The notes under the pieces: generated by a model
What the model was told of the DNA's origin: nothing
The model's database searches: none
Seen by the model: only the letters and a program-made list of their open reading frames with translations
Program-made: the position numbers and the translations under genes
In this document: positions 25,107-35,838 of the stretch, piece after piece
Layout of the letters: every line of letters starts with the position of its first letter
How positions within the stretch are numbered: the first letter of the stretch is position 1
DNA from: an uncultured Methanosarcinaceae archaeon
GTDB taxonomy: Archaea > Halobacteriota > Methanosarcinia > Methanosarcinales > Methanosarcinaceae
Reading direction: 5' to 3'
Assembly: GCA_963727895.1 (NCBI GenBank)
Contig: CAVSHT010000005.1
Location: forward strand, 64,001 to 128,000
DNA: 64,000 nucleotides

Positions 25107-25192
25107 GCCTAAAAACAGAAAAATGAGCTTAAAATAAAACGAGCCAAAAATATTGTAAATGAATTTGAGAATCAGAGGATAAATCTGACTGA

Positions 25193-25795
25193 TTATTCAG
25201 CCAGTTGTCTTTTTTTATAATTTTTAGAAATTTCCAGAAAATTTTCTATTATTTTCAGACCATCAGGCGTAAGCACTGACTCTGGATGGAACTGCAGACC
25301 ATATATCGGATATTCTACATGCTCCACCGCCATAATACTTCCATCTTCTGCCCTTGCAGTAACCATTATACTGACAGCAGGTTCGCCAATCTCAAGGGAA
25401 TGATAACGTCCTGCTTCAAATGGACCTTCAAAAGATGAAAATAATGCAGAATCATCATGAAGAATCTTCGAACTTTTTCCATGAACTGGCCCTACCTTGC
25501 TTCTTCGAACCAATCCTCCGAAAGCCACATTAATTGCCTGATGACCGAGGCAGACTCCAAGGGTGGGAATTTCCTTACCCAGTTCTCTAATTATTTCCAG
25601 ACAGTTTCCTATATCCTTAGGGTTTGAAGGATTCCCAGGACCTGGAGAAATAACCAGAGCATCAGGCTTTATCTTCTGGAGTTCTTCTAAGGAAACCGTA
25701 TTTGGGAGCACCAGAGTATCTTTTTCGAAATAAGAGATATAATCTACCAGATTCCATACAAAGGAGTCCTTGTTGTTTATGAAAACTACCTTCAT
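25193..25795 (-). CDS. trpG: Anthranilate synthase component II
   Basis: ISPGPG, GVCLGHQ, QFHPES; last gene of the trp operon. Confidence 0.95.
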   Translation of the reverse strand: MKVVFINNKDSFVWNLVDYISYFEKDTLVLPNTVSLEELQKIKPDALVISPGPGNPSNPKDIGNCLEIIRELGKEIPTLGVCLGHQAINVAFGGLVRRSKVGPVHGKSSKILHDDSALFSSFEGPFEAGRYHSLEIGEPAVSIMVTARAEDGSIMAVEHVEYPIYGLQFHPESVLTPDGLKIIENFLEISKNYKKRQLAE

Positions 25796-25962
25796 CTGAA
25801 AACACTTCCTGAATTTATTGATTTCAACAGATTATTTCGTCCCTCTTTTCTTCTTAGCTCCCCTTTTTTGAGAAATCTATATTCCAGGTTTTTTTTCTGT
25901 AAAAAGCAACTAAATAAATTTTGTATCGTAAATTTCACCCCAGAAATGCTTAATAAAATGTT

Positions 25963-27606
25963 TTAAAGCTCTCCGATTGCTGCAAGCATTGCTCCCATCT
26001 TGCGTTCGGTTTCCTTAAACTCATATTCCGGATCAGAATCAGCTACAATTCCTGCTCCAGCCTGCACTGAAGCTTTCTTTCCCTGCACAATAATAGTGCG
26101 AATCACGATTGCAAAATCAGCATCTCCGTTCCAGCTATAATATCCAACTCCTCCCCCATAAATTCCTCTCGGAGCAGCTTCAAGTTCGGAAATAATCTCC
26201 ATGGCGCGGATTTTTGGAGCTCCTGATAAAGTTCCCGCCGGAAAAATCGCTCTGAAAGCATCAAACTGGTCACATTCAGGTCTCAGGGTACCTATAACCT
26301 TACTTTCGATATGCTGGATATGAGAATATTTCAGGACTTTCATAAATTCGGAAACCTTTACCGAACCGCTTTCTGTAACCATTCTCACATCGTTTCTTCC
26401 GAGGTCTACAAGCATTACATGCTCAGCCCTTTCTTTTTCATCATGTAACATATGCTCAGCAAAAGCTTCGTCTTCAGCTTCGGATTTTCCACGGGGACAG
26501 GACCCTGCTATCGGATTTGTGATTAAAGTCCTTTGATGAACAGTCAGAAGAGTTTCAGGACTTGCCCCGACAATTGCCAGATCTCCAAATTCAAAAATAT
26601 ACATGTAAGGGCTTGGATTGATTTTTCGGAGGTGCATATAAAGTTCAAAAGGTGACTGTTCTAAACTGAACTCACATTTTCTGGAAAGAACTGCCTGAAA
26701 TATATCCCCTGCAAAAATATGCTCTTTTGCCTCGAGCACGGATTCTTCATACCTCTGTCTCCCATTATTGCTGCAATCCGAAAGAGGTGAGCCTGAAAAG
26801 ATTGATTCTCCTGATAACGCTGTTTCTATTGGATTTCCTGGCAGAGCAGCTTCCTTGAAAATATTGTAGAGCTTTTCAGCTTCCAAAAGGGCATTTTCGT
26901 AGATTTTTCCTGCATCCGATCCTGGATTTACAAATGGAGTAATCACAATAAATACTTCTTCAGTTATATGGTCAAATACAAAAGTTTTCGAAACCAACAG
27001 GTATTGAAGTTCAGGAATTTCAGATTCAAAGTCTTTTTGGACCCCTAACCAGCTATCATAAATTGCATCATATGCTGTATAGCCTATGGCTCCTCCAAGA
27101 AAAGTTTGCCTGTCAAAACGCTTTGCATTCAGAAGTTCCATCCCATTTGCAGGAGGAAATACCAGACGAAGGGCATCGAAACCATCTTTTCCCTGAGGAA
27201 TTGGAACCGTGAACTTTGCATTTTCCAGTTCTGAGTTTTCTTTCGCTGAATTCTCCTCTATTGTTTCAGGCCCGCAGATCTCTTTGATTTTCGTCCTTAC
27301 TTCTTCAAAAAAAAGCGAAGAATTTGGGTTCAGGAGTTCAAGAGTTATTTTTCGATCACTTATTTTGACTACAGCATCAGGATCATTTCCAACAAAGGAG
27401 TATCTTGCCTTAGTTTCCTGTTTTTCTACGGATTCAAGCAGATAAGAATAACCTGAAGTACCTGAAGCACGCAAGGTACTGTAGAGTTCAAGAGGAGAAC
27501 AAATGGTATCGACTCTTGCAAGGAGCTGGATAAAACCTGGCTGATTCACTCCTGAAACAAGATTTGTGAATTCTTCTTTTCCTAGGTCAAAGGAAAGCAT
27601 TGGCAC
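25963..27606 (-). CDS. trpE: Anthranilate synthase component I
   Basis: LLESVE, NPSPYM, KERAEHVMLVDLGRND, PAGTLSGAPK. Confidence 0.96.
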   Translation of the reverse strand: MPMLSFDLGKEEFTNLVSGVNQPGFIQLLARVDTICSPLELYSTLRASGTSGYSYLLESVEKQETKARYSFVGNDPDAVVKISDRKITLELLNPNSSLFFEEVRTKIKEICGPETIEENSAKENSELENAKFTVPIPQGKDGFDALRLVFPPANGMELLNAKRFDRQTFLGGAIGYTAYDAIYDSWLGVQKDFESEIPELQYLLVSKTFVFDHITEEVFIVITPFVNPGSDAGKIYENALLEAEKLYNIFKEAALPGNPIETALSGESIFSGSPLSDCSNNGRQRYEESVLEAKEHIFAGDIFQAVLSRKCEFSLEQSPFELYMHLRKINPSPYMYIFEFGDLAIVGASPETLLTVHQRTLITNPIAGSCPRGKSEAEDEAFAEHMLHDEKERAEHVMLVDLGRNDVRMVTESGSVKVSEFMKVLKYSHIQHIESKVIGTLRPECDQFDAFRAIFPAGTLSGAPKIRAMEIISELEAAPRGIYGGGVGYYSWNGDADFAIVIRTIIVQGKKASVQAGAGIVADSDPEYEFKETERKMGAMLAAIGEL

Positions 27607-28288
27607 ACCTCACTTCTTCAATAAAATTTTTGATTTTTACGGCATCTTTTTTTCCGCAGGTTTCAACTCCTGATGCCGTGTCCACCGCATAAGGAGAAAC
27701 AGTTTTGATCGCTTCCCCTACATTTTCAGGTTTGAGACCACCAGCAAGGATTAGAGGAAGCCTTGTTTCTTCCGAGACATTTCGACTCAAAGTCCAGTCA
27801 TGAACACAGCCTGTACCTCCGGACTTATTGAATCCAGCAGTATCGAGCAGGATGGAATCTACAATATCAGCTTCTTCCAGAAGACTGACCTCTTCAAGCA
27901 GTTTTGAAACATGATCCATATTTTCGCCTGAAGTCTCCCCCTGTGCAGGTACGGATAAAGTTTTTATGATCGGGATACAAGTTTTTTCTTTTATTCTTTC
28001 AAGTTCGTGAATAGACAGCTTTGAGTGGATCTGCACAATATCTGGTGTTACTTTTTCAATCAATTCCACGGCTTTATCTGCGTTTTCAGGCATAATGACA
28101 AGTACGGAACTCAGGCTTCTGGAAACTTTAGAGACAAGATCAGCAGCAGTACTGGAATCAAGCTTTCTTGGACTTTCGACAGGGACTTCTGTAATAAAAC
28201 CAACCGCGTCAGCCCCGTAAAGAGCTGCGAGTTCGATATCTTCAAGACTACGCATTCCGCAAATTTTTATCCTCGTTTTTAATTTCAC
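27587..28288 (-). CDS. trpF: Phosphoribosylanthranilate isomerase
   Basis: KICG, GGTG..HDW, ILAGGL, VDTASGVE. Confidence 0.95.
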   Translation of the reverse strand: MKLKTRIKICGMRSLEDIELAALYGADAVGFITEVPVESPRKLDSSTAADLVSKVSRSLSSVLVIMPENADKAVELIEKVTPDIVQIHSKLSIHELERIKEKTCIPIIKTLSVPAQGETSGENMDHVSKLLEEVSLLEEADIVDSILLDTAGFNKSGGTGCVHDWTLSRNVSEETRLPLILAGGLKPENVGEAIKTVSPYAVDTASGVETCGKKDAVKIKNFIEEVRCANAFL

Positions 28289-29385
28289 GCCCTCTCCCCC
28301 GAGGCCGGGCTTAACATGGAAGTTTCGGAGCGTATTACAACATCTTTTTTCGGAAGAGAACCCTTACTTTTCTGCTCGTAAATCTTTGAAGTAAAGGTCT
28401 TGAACTGGTTGAATTTTACCATAACTTTTCCACTGTCAATGGCATCTTCGGCAATGAGAATTGCTTGCTTGATAGAACCTACTATCCCACCCACATAAAG
28501 AGCAGCAGCTGCATTCAGGACTACAATGTCTCTTTTTGGCCCTTTCTGACCTTTGAAGATGCACAGCAGATCTCTTGCATTTTCTTTTGGAGTACTCCCC
28601 TTTATATCTTCAGGGTTTGCCCGCAGAATACCTAGAGATTCCGGAGTAAGGGTATAGGTTGAAACTATGCCATTTTTTAGCTCCGCAACATAAGTTTCAC
28701 CTGTATTTGTAATTTCATCCATTCCATTCCCATGTACAACAAGAGCATGCTCTGTTCCAAGTTCTGCAAGGGCATAAGCTATCGGCTCACAGAGCTTTTT
28801 GTCATATACCCCTATGACTTGTCCTTTGGTACCTGCTGGATTTGTCAAAGGTCCCAGAATATTGAAAACTGTACGGATTCCAAGATTTTTCCTTACTCCT
28901 GCAACCCTTTTCATAGCCGGATGGAATACAGGTGCAAATAAGAATCCTATACCTACCTCTTCTATTGTTTGCCTGACTTGTTCAGGTTCCAGATCAATTT
29001 TAATCCCCAGGGCTTCAAGAACATCCGAACTTCCTGACATTGAGGTTGCAGCCCGGTTTCCGTGCTTAGCTACAGGAACACCTGCAGCTGCAGTCACTAT
29101 TGCTGCTGCGGTTGATATATTAATGGTATTAAGGCCATCTCCTCCTGTTCCACATGTATCAACAAGCCTGAAAGTTGTTTGGGGGCGAATTGTATTTCCA
29201 GCTTTTTTCATTCCCCTTACAAAGCCCGCAATTTCTTCGGGTTTCTCTCCTTTTGCTCTCAGAGCAAGCAGAAATCTCCCGATCTCTTCATCCTTTGCAG
29301 TACTTAGAATTTTACCTACAGCAGCTTCAGCTTCTTCGGAGCTCAGATCAAGACCTTTTTCCAGCTTTTTAATATATGTCTTCAT
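28285..29385 (-). CDS. trpD: Anthranilate phosphoribosyltransferase
   Basis: DTCGTGGDG, KHGNR, GPLTNP. Confidence 0.96.
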   Translation of the reverse strand: MKTYIKKLEKGLDLSSEEAEAAVGKILSTAKDEEIGRFLLALRAKGEKPEEIAGFVRGMKKAGNTIRPQTTFRLVDTCGTGGDGLNTINISTAAAIVTAAAGVPVAKHGNRAATSMSGSSDVLEALGIKIDLEPEQVRQTIEEVGIGFLFAPVFHPAMKRVAGVRKNLGIRTVFNILGPLTNPAGTKGQVIGVYDKKLCEPIAYALAELGTEHALVVHGNGMDEITNTGETYVAELKNGIVSTYTLTPESLGILRANPEDIKGSTPKENARDLLCIFKGQKGPKRDIVVLNAAAALYVGGIVGSIKQAILIAEDAIDSGKVMVKFNQFKTFTSKIYEQKSKGSLPKKDVVIRSETSMLSPASGERA

Positions 29386-29495
29386 TTCTCCTGCCTCCTT
29401 TCAATTCCTGATTTTCCCTTTCTCTATCTGTTTCAAAAACTTCCCAATTACTCACTTTTTAGATTTCCGAAATTTTTGACTTCCAAAATTTTCCT

Positions 29496-30287
29496 TTAAC
29501 TGGCTCTTCTTATCCCGGATTTAAGCTCTTTTGCAAGGTTTTCTAGCCTTGTATCTACGTCTTTTCCTTCATCAATAATTTTGACAAAAGCTGAGCCGAC
29601 TATAACGGCATCCGCTCCTTCTTTCATCACTTCCTCGGCCTGTTTTCCCGTGGATATTCCAAATCCTACAGCCTTCGGAAGTCCTGTTTCTACCCTGGAA
29701 AGAAGCTCTCTGGTTGATGACGATACATCTGCCCTGGCTCCAGTGACTCCAAGTCTTGAGACAAGGTAAAGAAAACCTGAACCTCTTTCCAGGATTTTCT
29801 GAACTCTTTTCTCTGTTGTTGTAGGTGCAATCAGAAAGATCAGATCAATCCCATTCTTTTCGCAGCTATTTTTCAGGTCAGCAGCTTCTTCTACTGGAAT
29901 ATCAGGAACTATCAGTCCACTTATCCCAGCTTCAGCAGCTTTTTCTACAAATTTTTCCACTCCATACCTGAATACAGGGTTGTAATAAGTCATGCAAACA
30001 AGAGGAATTCGGACATCAAGGGCTTTAACAAGCTCAAAATAACGCTGTGTGTCCATACCGGCTGCAAGTGACCTCTGACCTGCTACCTGAATTGTCGGGC
30101 CGTCTGCTACAGGGTCTGAAAAGGGGAAACCAAGCTCAATGATATCCGCGCCTCCGTTTACAAGATACTTTACAATTTCACCGGTTCTTTCTGCAGACGG
30201 ATCTCCTGCCATTACATAGCAGATTAAAGCGCCTTCCTTTCTTTCCCTGAGTTCAGAAAATTTTTCGGAGATTTTTTGCCTTGCCAT
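29496..30287 (-). CDS. trpA: Tryptophan synthase alpha chain
   Basis: ELGFPFSDPVADGPTIQ, GVTG, VGFGI. Confidence 0.97.
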   Translation of the reverse strand: MARQKISEKFSELRERKEGALICYVMAGDPSAERTGEIVKYLVNGGADIIELGFPFSDPVADGPTIQVAGQRSLAAGMDTQRYFELVKALDVRIPLVCMTYYNPVFRYGVEKFVEKAAEAGISGLIVPDIPVEEAADLKNSCEKNGIDLIFLIAPTTTEKRVQKILERGSGFLYLVSRLGVTGARADVSSSTRELLSRVETGLPKAVGFGISTGKQAEEVMKEGADAVIVGSAFVKIIDEGKDVDTRLENLAKELKSGIRRAS

Positions 30288-30288
30288 C

Positions 30289-31566
30289 TCAGATCCCTCC
30301 TCTGAGGCTCAGAACAGTTTCCAGATCTTTATCGCCTCTTCCAGATAGGTTTACGACCACCACTTCTCCCAGTTCTCCGGCTTCAGAGGCTTTCTTCAAG
30401 TAAGCAAGGGCATGGGAAGATTCCAGTGCAGGAATTATTCCCTCATGCCTGCTTAATTCATGGAAAGCGTCAAGGGCTTCATCATCAGTTGCATATCTGG
30501 CTGTAACCCTGCCGCTTTCGGACAGATAAGCCAGTTCAGGCCCTACTCCTGAGTAGTCAAGTCCTGCAGAAACGGATTCGGATTCAAGGATTTGTCCGTT
30601 TTTATCCTGAAGTATCTTTGTTCTTGCTCCGTGCAAGATTCCCTCTTCTCCTGCATAGAGGGATGCAGAGTGAAGCGCTGCTTTTTCCGTACATTTAAGG
30701 GATTTTCCTCCAGCTTCGACAGCAATCAGTCGGACTTCTTTATCCTCGATAAAGGAATGAAATATTCCCATTGCATTGCTTCCACCACCTGCACAGGCAA
30801 TAATGGAATCAGGAAGACGCCCTTCTTTTTGCAAAATCTGTTCTTTTACTTCACGACCTATAACGCTCTGAAAATCTCTTACTATCATAGGATAGGGATG
30901 AGGTCCTATAACAGAGCCTACGAGGTAATGTGTGTTTTCAATGTTTGTGACCCAGTCTCTGAAAGCCTCGTTAACGGCATCCTTAAGGGTTTTTGAGCCG
31001 GTTTCAACAGGTACCAATTTAGTGCCCATGAGTTCCATGCGGTATGCGTTCATCTGCTGGCGTTTTACATCTTTAGCACCCATGTACACAACTGTATCAA
31101 ATCCGAGATTTGCACCTGCCATAGCTGTTGCAGTTCCATGCTGTCCTGCACCAGTTTCTGCAATCAGCCTGGTTTTCCCCATATATTTTGCAAGTAAAGC
31201 CTGTCCAATAGCATTGTTTAACTTGTGAGCTCCTCCGTGCACAAGGTCTTCCCTTTTGAGGTAAATTTTTGCTCCGTATTTTTTGCTCAGGTTCCGGGCA
31301 AAATAAAGAGGTGTTTCCCTGCCTGCAAAATCTTTCAGGTAATGATTAAGCTCTGCAAGAAATTCAGGATCGTTTTTATACCGCTCGTATCCTTCTTCCA
31401 GTTCCTCCAATGCCGGCATCAGAACTTCAGGTACGTACTGTCCTCCATATTTTCCGTATTTTCCTTTTACCTGACCTGTTTCACCAATTTTAGAATCTTT
31501 CTTCGAACCTGCGAGTTCATTTAAACCTGATTTTGTTGGAAATTCTGAAGCTTTAGTTTCTGTCAA
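30289..31566 (-). CDS. trpB: Tryptophan synthase beta chain
   Basis: [31 protein letters not shown]. Confidence 0.97.
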   Translation of the reverse strand: MTETKASEFPTKSGLNELAGSKKDSKIGETGQVKGKYGKYGGQYVPEVLMPALEELEEGYERYKNDPEFLAELNHYLKDFAGRETPLYFARNLSKKYGAKIYLKREDLVHGGAHKLNNAIGQALLAKYMGKTRLIAETGAGQHGTATAMAGANLGFDTVVYMGAKDVKRQQMNAYRMELMGTKLVPVETGSKTLKDAVNEAFRDWVTNIENTHYLVGSVIGPHPYPMIVRDFQSVIGREVKEQILQKEGRLPDSIIACAGGGSNAMGIFHSFIEDKEVRLIAVEAGGKSLKCTEKAALHSASLYAGEEGILHGARTKILQDKNGQILESESVSAGLDYSGVGPELAYLSESGRVTARYATDDEALDAFHELSRHEGIIPALESSHALAYLKKASEAGELGEVVVVNLSGRGDKDLETVLSLRGGI

Positions 31567-31740
31567 TTTAATTACTCCCTTGTCTTTTTGTAATGTGATT
31601 TTGCTCGTCTTTGGTTATATTTTTAGAATCGTTATTTACGCAAAATATAATTTTGAAAAGATTTTGTAGATATTAAGTGGATAACAAGTGGATTTTTCAA
31701 CCTACCAGTGGCTGAAAGCTCCGAATATCTGGAAAAACAG

Positions 31741-32547
31741 TTAGTCACGCCAACAAGCGCTCTGGACGAATTCTTTCGTTTTATCAAAAACAGAATCGTT
31801 TTCCATAAGTGCAGAACCTATGAGCACTGCATCTGCACCTGCCTTGATTACCCGCCTGACATCCTCTGAGTTGCTCATTCCACTTTCGCTGATTATAAGA
31901 TGGCTGGTTCCGTGGTCAAGGTCGTATTCCCGAATTAGAGGTGCCAGTTCTTCTGTGGTACCAAGGTCAATTTTAAGGGTTTCTAAGTCACGATTATTAA
32001 TCCCTATAATTCTTGCATCTGTTTCAAGAGTTGAATTAAGTTCTTTTTTGTTATGGACTTCTACTAGAGGCTCAAATCCTTTTTTAAGAGCAAGATCAAC
32101 AAAAACTCCAAGTTCATCTGCAAGAATGCCTGCAATAAGGAGTATAAGATCACTTTCGGTTTCTTCAAGCTGCATTTTGTCAATTATGAAGTCTTTTCTT
32201 AAGACAGGCAAGCATACTTTATTTCGAACTGCGTTTAAGTTTTCAAGCGAGCCTCGGAACACCCCGGGCTCTGTCAAGACCGAAATCGCAACGACTCCAG
32301 CTTCTTCCATCTCCCATGCAAGCTCGGCAGCCGTTGCGGGCAGAATATCTCTGAAAGCCTTACTTGGCGACGCGGGCTTGACCTCTGCAATTACAGGCAC
32401 CAGTCCTTCGGCTTTTGCAGCTGCCACTGCAGAGAAAAAGTCTCTTTTTTCAAACCCTACCCTAGACTCTTCCCGCGAGTTCTGCGGCCCTAAAGTCTGG
32501 ATACGGGTTTTTGTTGTGTTGAGGATATGGATTATTGAAGCGTGCAT
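31741..32547 (-). CDS. trpC: Indole-3-glycerol phosphate synthase
   Basis: IAEVKPASPS, SVLTE, LRKDF, GINNRDL, ISESG. Confidence 0.96.
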   Translation of the reverse strand: MHASIIHILNTTKTRIQTLGPQNSREESRVGFEKRDFFSAVAAAKAEGLVPVIAEVKPASPSKAFRDILPATAAELAWEMEEAGVVAISVLTEPGVFRGSLENLNAVRNKVCLPVLRKDFIIDKMQLEETESDLILLIAGILADELGVFVDLALKKGFEPLVEVHNKKELNSTLETDARIIGINNRDLETLKIDLGTTEELAPLIREYDLDHGTSHLIISESGMSNSEDVRRVIKAGADAVLIGSALMENDSVFDKTKEFVQSACWRD

Positions 32548-32570
32548 AATTTATCACTAAGGCATATTTG

Positions 32571-32607
32571 TGTACATCAACGTCTAATGATGCACATTGT
32601 ATAAATA
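32571..32607 (-). promoter_or_regulatory. trp promoter TATA box with a TRP-box-like inverted repeat
   Basis: TGTACATCA (32571) and TGATGCACA (32588-32596) form an inverted repeat between the minus-strand TATTTATA (32600-32607) and trpC. Confidence 0.5.
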
Positions 32608-32625
32608 GGTTTTGGATAAAGAGGC

Positions 32626-32724
32626 TTTGCACTTAAAATCAATTTTGCACTTAAAGTTTGAAGGTTGCACCTAAAGTCTCATTTCTGCACCTAATGTACC
32701 TCGAAAACCAGACTTTAGGTGCAG
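32626..32724. repeat. Array of TGCACYTAA motifs (four direct, one inverted)
   Basis: Copies at about 32628, 32646, 32666 and 32686; inverted TTAGGTGCA at 32715. Confidence 0.7.
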
Positions 32725-33253
32725 ACTGCTAAAAAAACAAATTTTTAGAATGTGATATTATCAAAATAGAACATTATTATATTGAATATATTTAGTAAGT
32801 AATGAACAGTTTAGTTAATAATACAGTGTAATATATTTTAGTTTTGAGTATTGAAAGGGGTCAAATATGAGTAAATTAGATATGAAAATACTGAGGGACA
32901 AATGAAAGATAAAATGAAGAAAATATAACATTTCGTGATGTCTAAAAATAAGTTAAAAAATAAAAAAGTTGTTAAATCATCTATGAGACTTAACAATTCC
33001 TCTACAGATTTGGATGAATGCCCCTGATGCAGAAAATAAAATTATGGCTTCTTGGGCATTTGCATTTAAATAGAATCCCTTTATAAGAATTCCCATTAAA
33101 CTAAGCTCGTTTAATATTAATATCATAATATGGTTTAATATCATATTTTCCCCAATTCGTCTTCAAATTGGTATTCGTTTTAAATTAGCACACTTAATAA
33201 AATATCTACTAATCAAAACTAAGGCATCATCAAAAAAGACACATAAAATCTTT

Positions 33254-33288
33254 GGCATTGTTACTTAACTATACCTAGTTATTTAGTT
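33254..33288 (-). mobile_element. Orphan IS1 right end (35 bp) abutting IS1 copy 2
   Basis: GGCATTGTTACTTAACTATACCTAGTTATTTA is almost identical to the copy-1 end at 3397. Confidence 0.75.
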
Positions 33289-34028
33289 GGTATTGTTAAC
33301 TAAACATAGTTAACTCTTTATTTCTTTATTTCATCAATAGAATAACCGAGTACTTAGCATTTCAAGACTCTTCGTATAACACTTTGTCTTTCTTCTCAAC
33401 CTTGCTAGAAAATGCCTCAATATGCTGTTATATCCCTCAACTGTAAATGTTTCTGCTTTGGATTGAGTATGAATCTTTTCTGGAATAAACTCTGCATATG
33501 CCCTCCAGTGATCTGTCATTACTTCTCCAATCTCTTTTTTAGTCCATTTTTCCCAGAGTAGTTTTCCAGTTTCTGTTCCTCTGCTACCAAAAGAGCAGTT
33601 GATGAACTTTTTCCCAACTCTATCAACAGCAATCCAGATCCAGCAATATTTTTTTTTGTTACCGATGTAAGTGTGCATCTCATCCAGTTCAACAATAGAT
33701 ATCTCATTTTCGCTTTTTAAAGCCTCTAACTCCTTGCCAAATTTCTTTATCCATTTTTGGGCAGAAACATGACTCACCCCTAAAACTCTTCCTATTGAGC
33801 GAAAGCCCAATCCTTCAAGGTAAAGTTGTAAAGCCTGTTTTTTAACAGAGGCGGAAAAAGCAGTTGATTTTAGCTCTACTGTATAGTTATATCCACAATC
33901 AGAGCATTTGTACCGTTGACGCCCGCCAACTATACCATTCTTTTTGTGACTGGAACTATTGCATCTTGGGCAGTTCATGAAGAAATATATGTTATAAACA
34001 TATATATCTATTTTTGTTTACCAATACC
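33289..34028 (-). mobile_element. IS1-family element, copy 2, single fused transposase ORF (33334-33978)
   Basis: A9 instead of A8 at the slippery site puts InsA and InsB in frame; a 1-nt deletion near the 3' end alters the last residues. Confidence 0.9.
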
Positions 34029-34351
34029 CTTTTTAGATTACGGAGTACAAGACCTTTGGTATTCCACGCTTTGGTTAATTTTGAATCAATTTCAATAGAT
34101 TTATTTAATGTATTTAAGATTTCAATAGATTCATTTAATGTGCTTAAGGCATCATCACATCTTTTTAAACTCCAAAGAACAAGACCTTTGCCAATCAACG
34201 CAAGAGCTTTTTGTTCATTTTCTAAGGAGTTAGAGCATGTTTCGAGAGTGTCTAGGGCTGTGTCATAGTTATTTAAGGCTTCGTCGTATTTTCCAATACA
34301 ACGTAATTTATCACCTGTTTCGATCAGCTCTTTAACATCCATAAAGGTCAC
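34029..34351 (-). pseudogene. TPR-repeat protein truncated by IS1
   Basis: GKYDEALNNYDTAL; ALIGKGLVL..LKRCDDAL; AWNTKGLVL; then runs into the IS end. Confidence 0.75.
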
Positions 34352-34550
34352 CTTTTATGTAAGAACTAACAAGTCATCGCAATTGGGTAGCTTTTATATA
34401 ATTAATTAAAATCACAGTCTAATATAAAAACATATTTAAATCAAATAATAAGTTTAAAAATAGAGATATTATTTTAGATGCTATCAAATCGACTACAGTG
34501 TTTGAATAAGTGAAAAAGCCTCATCACAGAAAAAGTAAAAGGTTAAAAAA

Positions 34551-35723
34551 ATGTTAATCCTCGACTACCCTTACGTCTCCGAACTTTTAAAACACACTGC
34601 TGCGGAATTACAGGTTCCTGTTTTAAAAAACGAAATGGCAGCCGGACTGAAGACTGAAAAAAGGCTGAATCTCCTTGAAGAAGCTGAATTTATCGAATTA
34701 ATAAAAGAAAAGGGTGAATTTTCTCTTTATTGCAATTCTGAAAATTCAATTGTCTGGATTTCGGAAAAACTTGATTTTACTGGGCTGCCTGAGAAAATCA
34801 GGCTTTTCAAGAATAAAGTTAAGTTTAGAGAGATGCTGGAAAGGCTCTACCCCGAATTATATTTCAAAAGTGTTGAATTTGAAAAGCTGGATGAAATTCA
34901 GGTTGAGGAAATCGAAAAACCGTTTATCATAAAGCCTGCTGTGGGATTTTTCAGCCTCGGAGTGCATAAGGTTTTCACCAACGAGAAATGGGATTCGGTT
35001 CTGAAGTCCATAAAGGCTGAGGTTGAAGAAATCAAAAAGCTTTATCCTGCTCAGGTTCTTGATGTGGAAAATTTCATTCTCGAGGGAAATATCGAAGGAG
35101 ACGAATTTGCAGTTGATGCTTATTTCAATCGCAAAGGAAAGCCGGTAGTCCTCAATATTTTCAAACACATCTTTTCTTCGGAAAACGATGTCAGTGACAG
35201 AGTATATTTTACTTCAAAAACGGTTATTGAAACCTACAGAGAAGCTATTGAGGATCTTTTAAAAGAAATAGGAAATTTGGCCGCACTCAGGAATTTTCCG
35301 CTTCATCTGGAACTTCGAATAGGGCAGGATAGACGAATACAGCCAATTGAACTGAACCCGATGCGCTTTGCCGGCTTGTGCGTTACTGATATTGCATATT
35401 TTGCATATGGGATTAACACTTACAGATACTTTTTGGAACAGCTTGAGCCGGACTGGAATAAAATTCTTGCAGATAAAGAGGGAAAGAACTTCTGCCTTGT
35501 TATGCTGAACAAACCGGAAGACCTCAATTTAAAGGACGTAAAAGCTTTTGATTACGAAAAACTGCTTTCTGACTTTGAAAAGCCCCTGAAACTCAGAAAA
35601 GCGGATTATAAAAAACAAGGTTACTTCGGATACATGTTTACAGAAACCAGAAACAGCAATTGGAAAGAGATTGAAAGGATTTTGGGATCGGATTTGAGGG
35701 AATATATTATTTTTAAAAAATAA
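34551..35723 (+). CDS. ATP-grasp domain protein
   Basis: PFIIKPAVGFFSLGV, EFAVD, IELNPMRFAG. Confidence 0.85.
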   Translation: MLILDYPYVSELLKHTAAELQVPVLKNEMAAGLKTEKRLNLLEEAEFIELIKEKGEFSLYCNSENSIVWISEKLDFTGLPEKIRLFKNKVKFREMLERLYPELYFKSVEFEKLDEIQVEEIEKPFIIKPAVGFFSLGVHKVFTNEKWDSVLKSIKAEVEEIKKLYPAQVLDVENFILEGNIEGDEFAVDAYFNRKGKPVVLNIFKHIFSSENDVSDRVYFTSKTVIETYREAIEDLLKEIGNLAALRNFPLHLELRIGQDRRIQPIELNPMRFAGLCVTDIAYFAYGINTYRYFLEQLEPDWNKILADKEGKNFCLVMLNKPEDLNLKDVKAFDYEKLLSDFEKPLKLRKADYKKQGYFGYMFTETRNSNWKEIERILGSDLREYIIFKK

Positions 35724-35838
35724 TACCTTCAATTACCCTCAATTTCTGTGCTCAAAAATAAAAATCTCTATGTTCAAAAATAAAAATTATTAAAAAAATA
35801 AACATAAACACATCTATGAATATTCATTGAATGAATAT

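Noticed and set aside
28799..29479. 226-aa plus-strand ORF
   Set aside because: Antisense shadow of trpD with no recognisable motifs
31820..32560. 246-aa plus-strand ORF
   Set aside because: Antisense shadow of trpC
32978..33190. Short hydrophobic minus-strand frame (...ILILNELSLMGILIKG...) as the 3' end of the TPR gene
   Set aside because: Cannot be linked across the IS1 junction and has no recognisable motif
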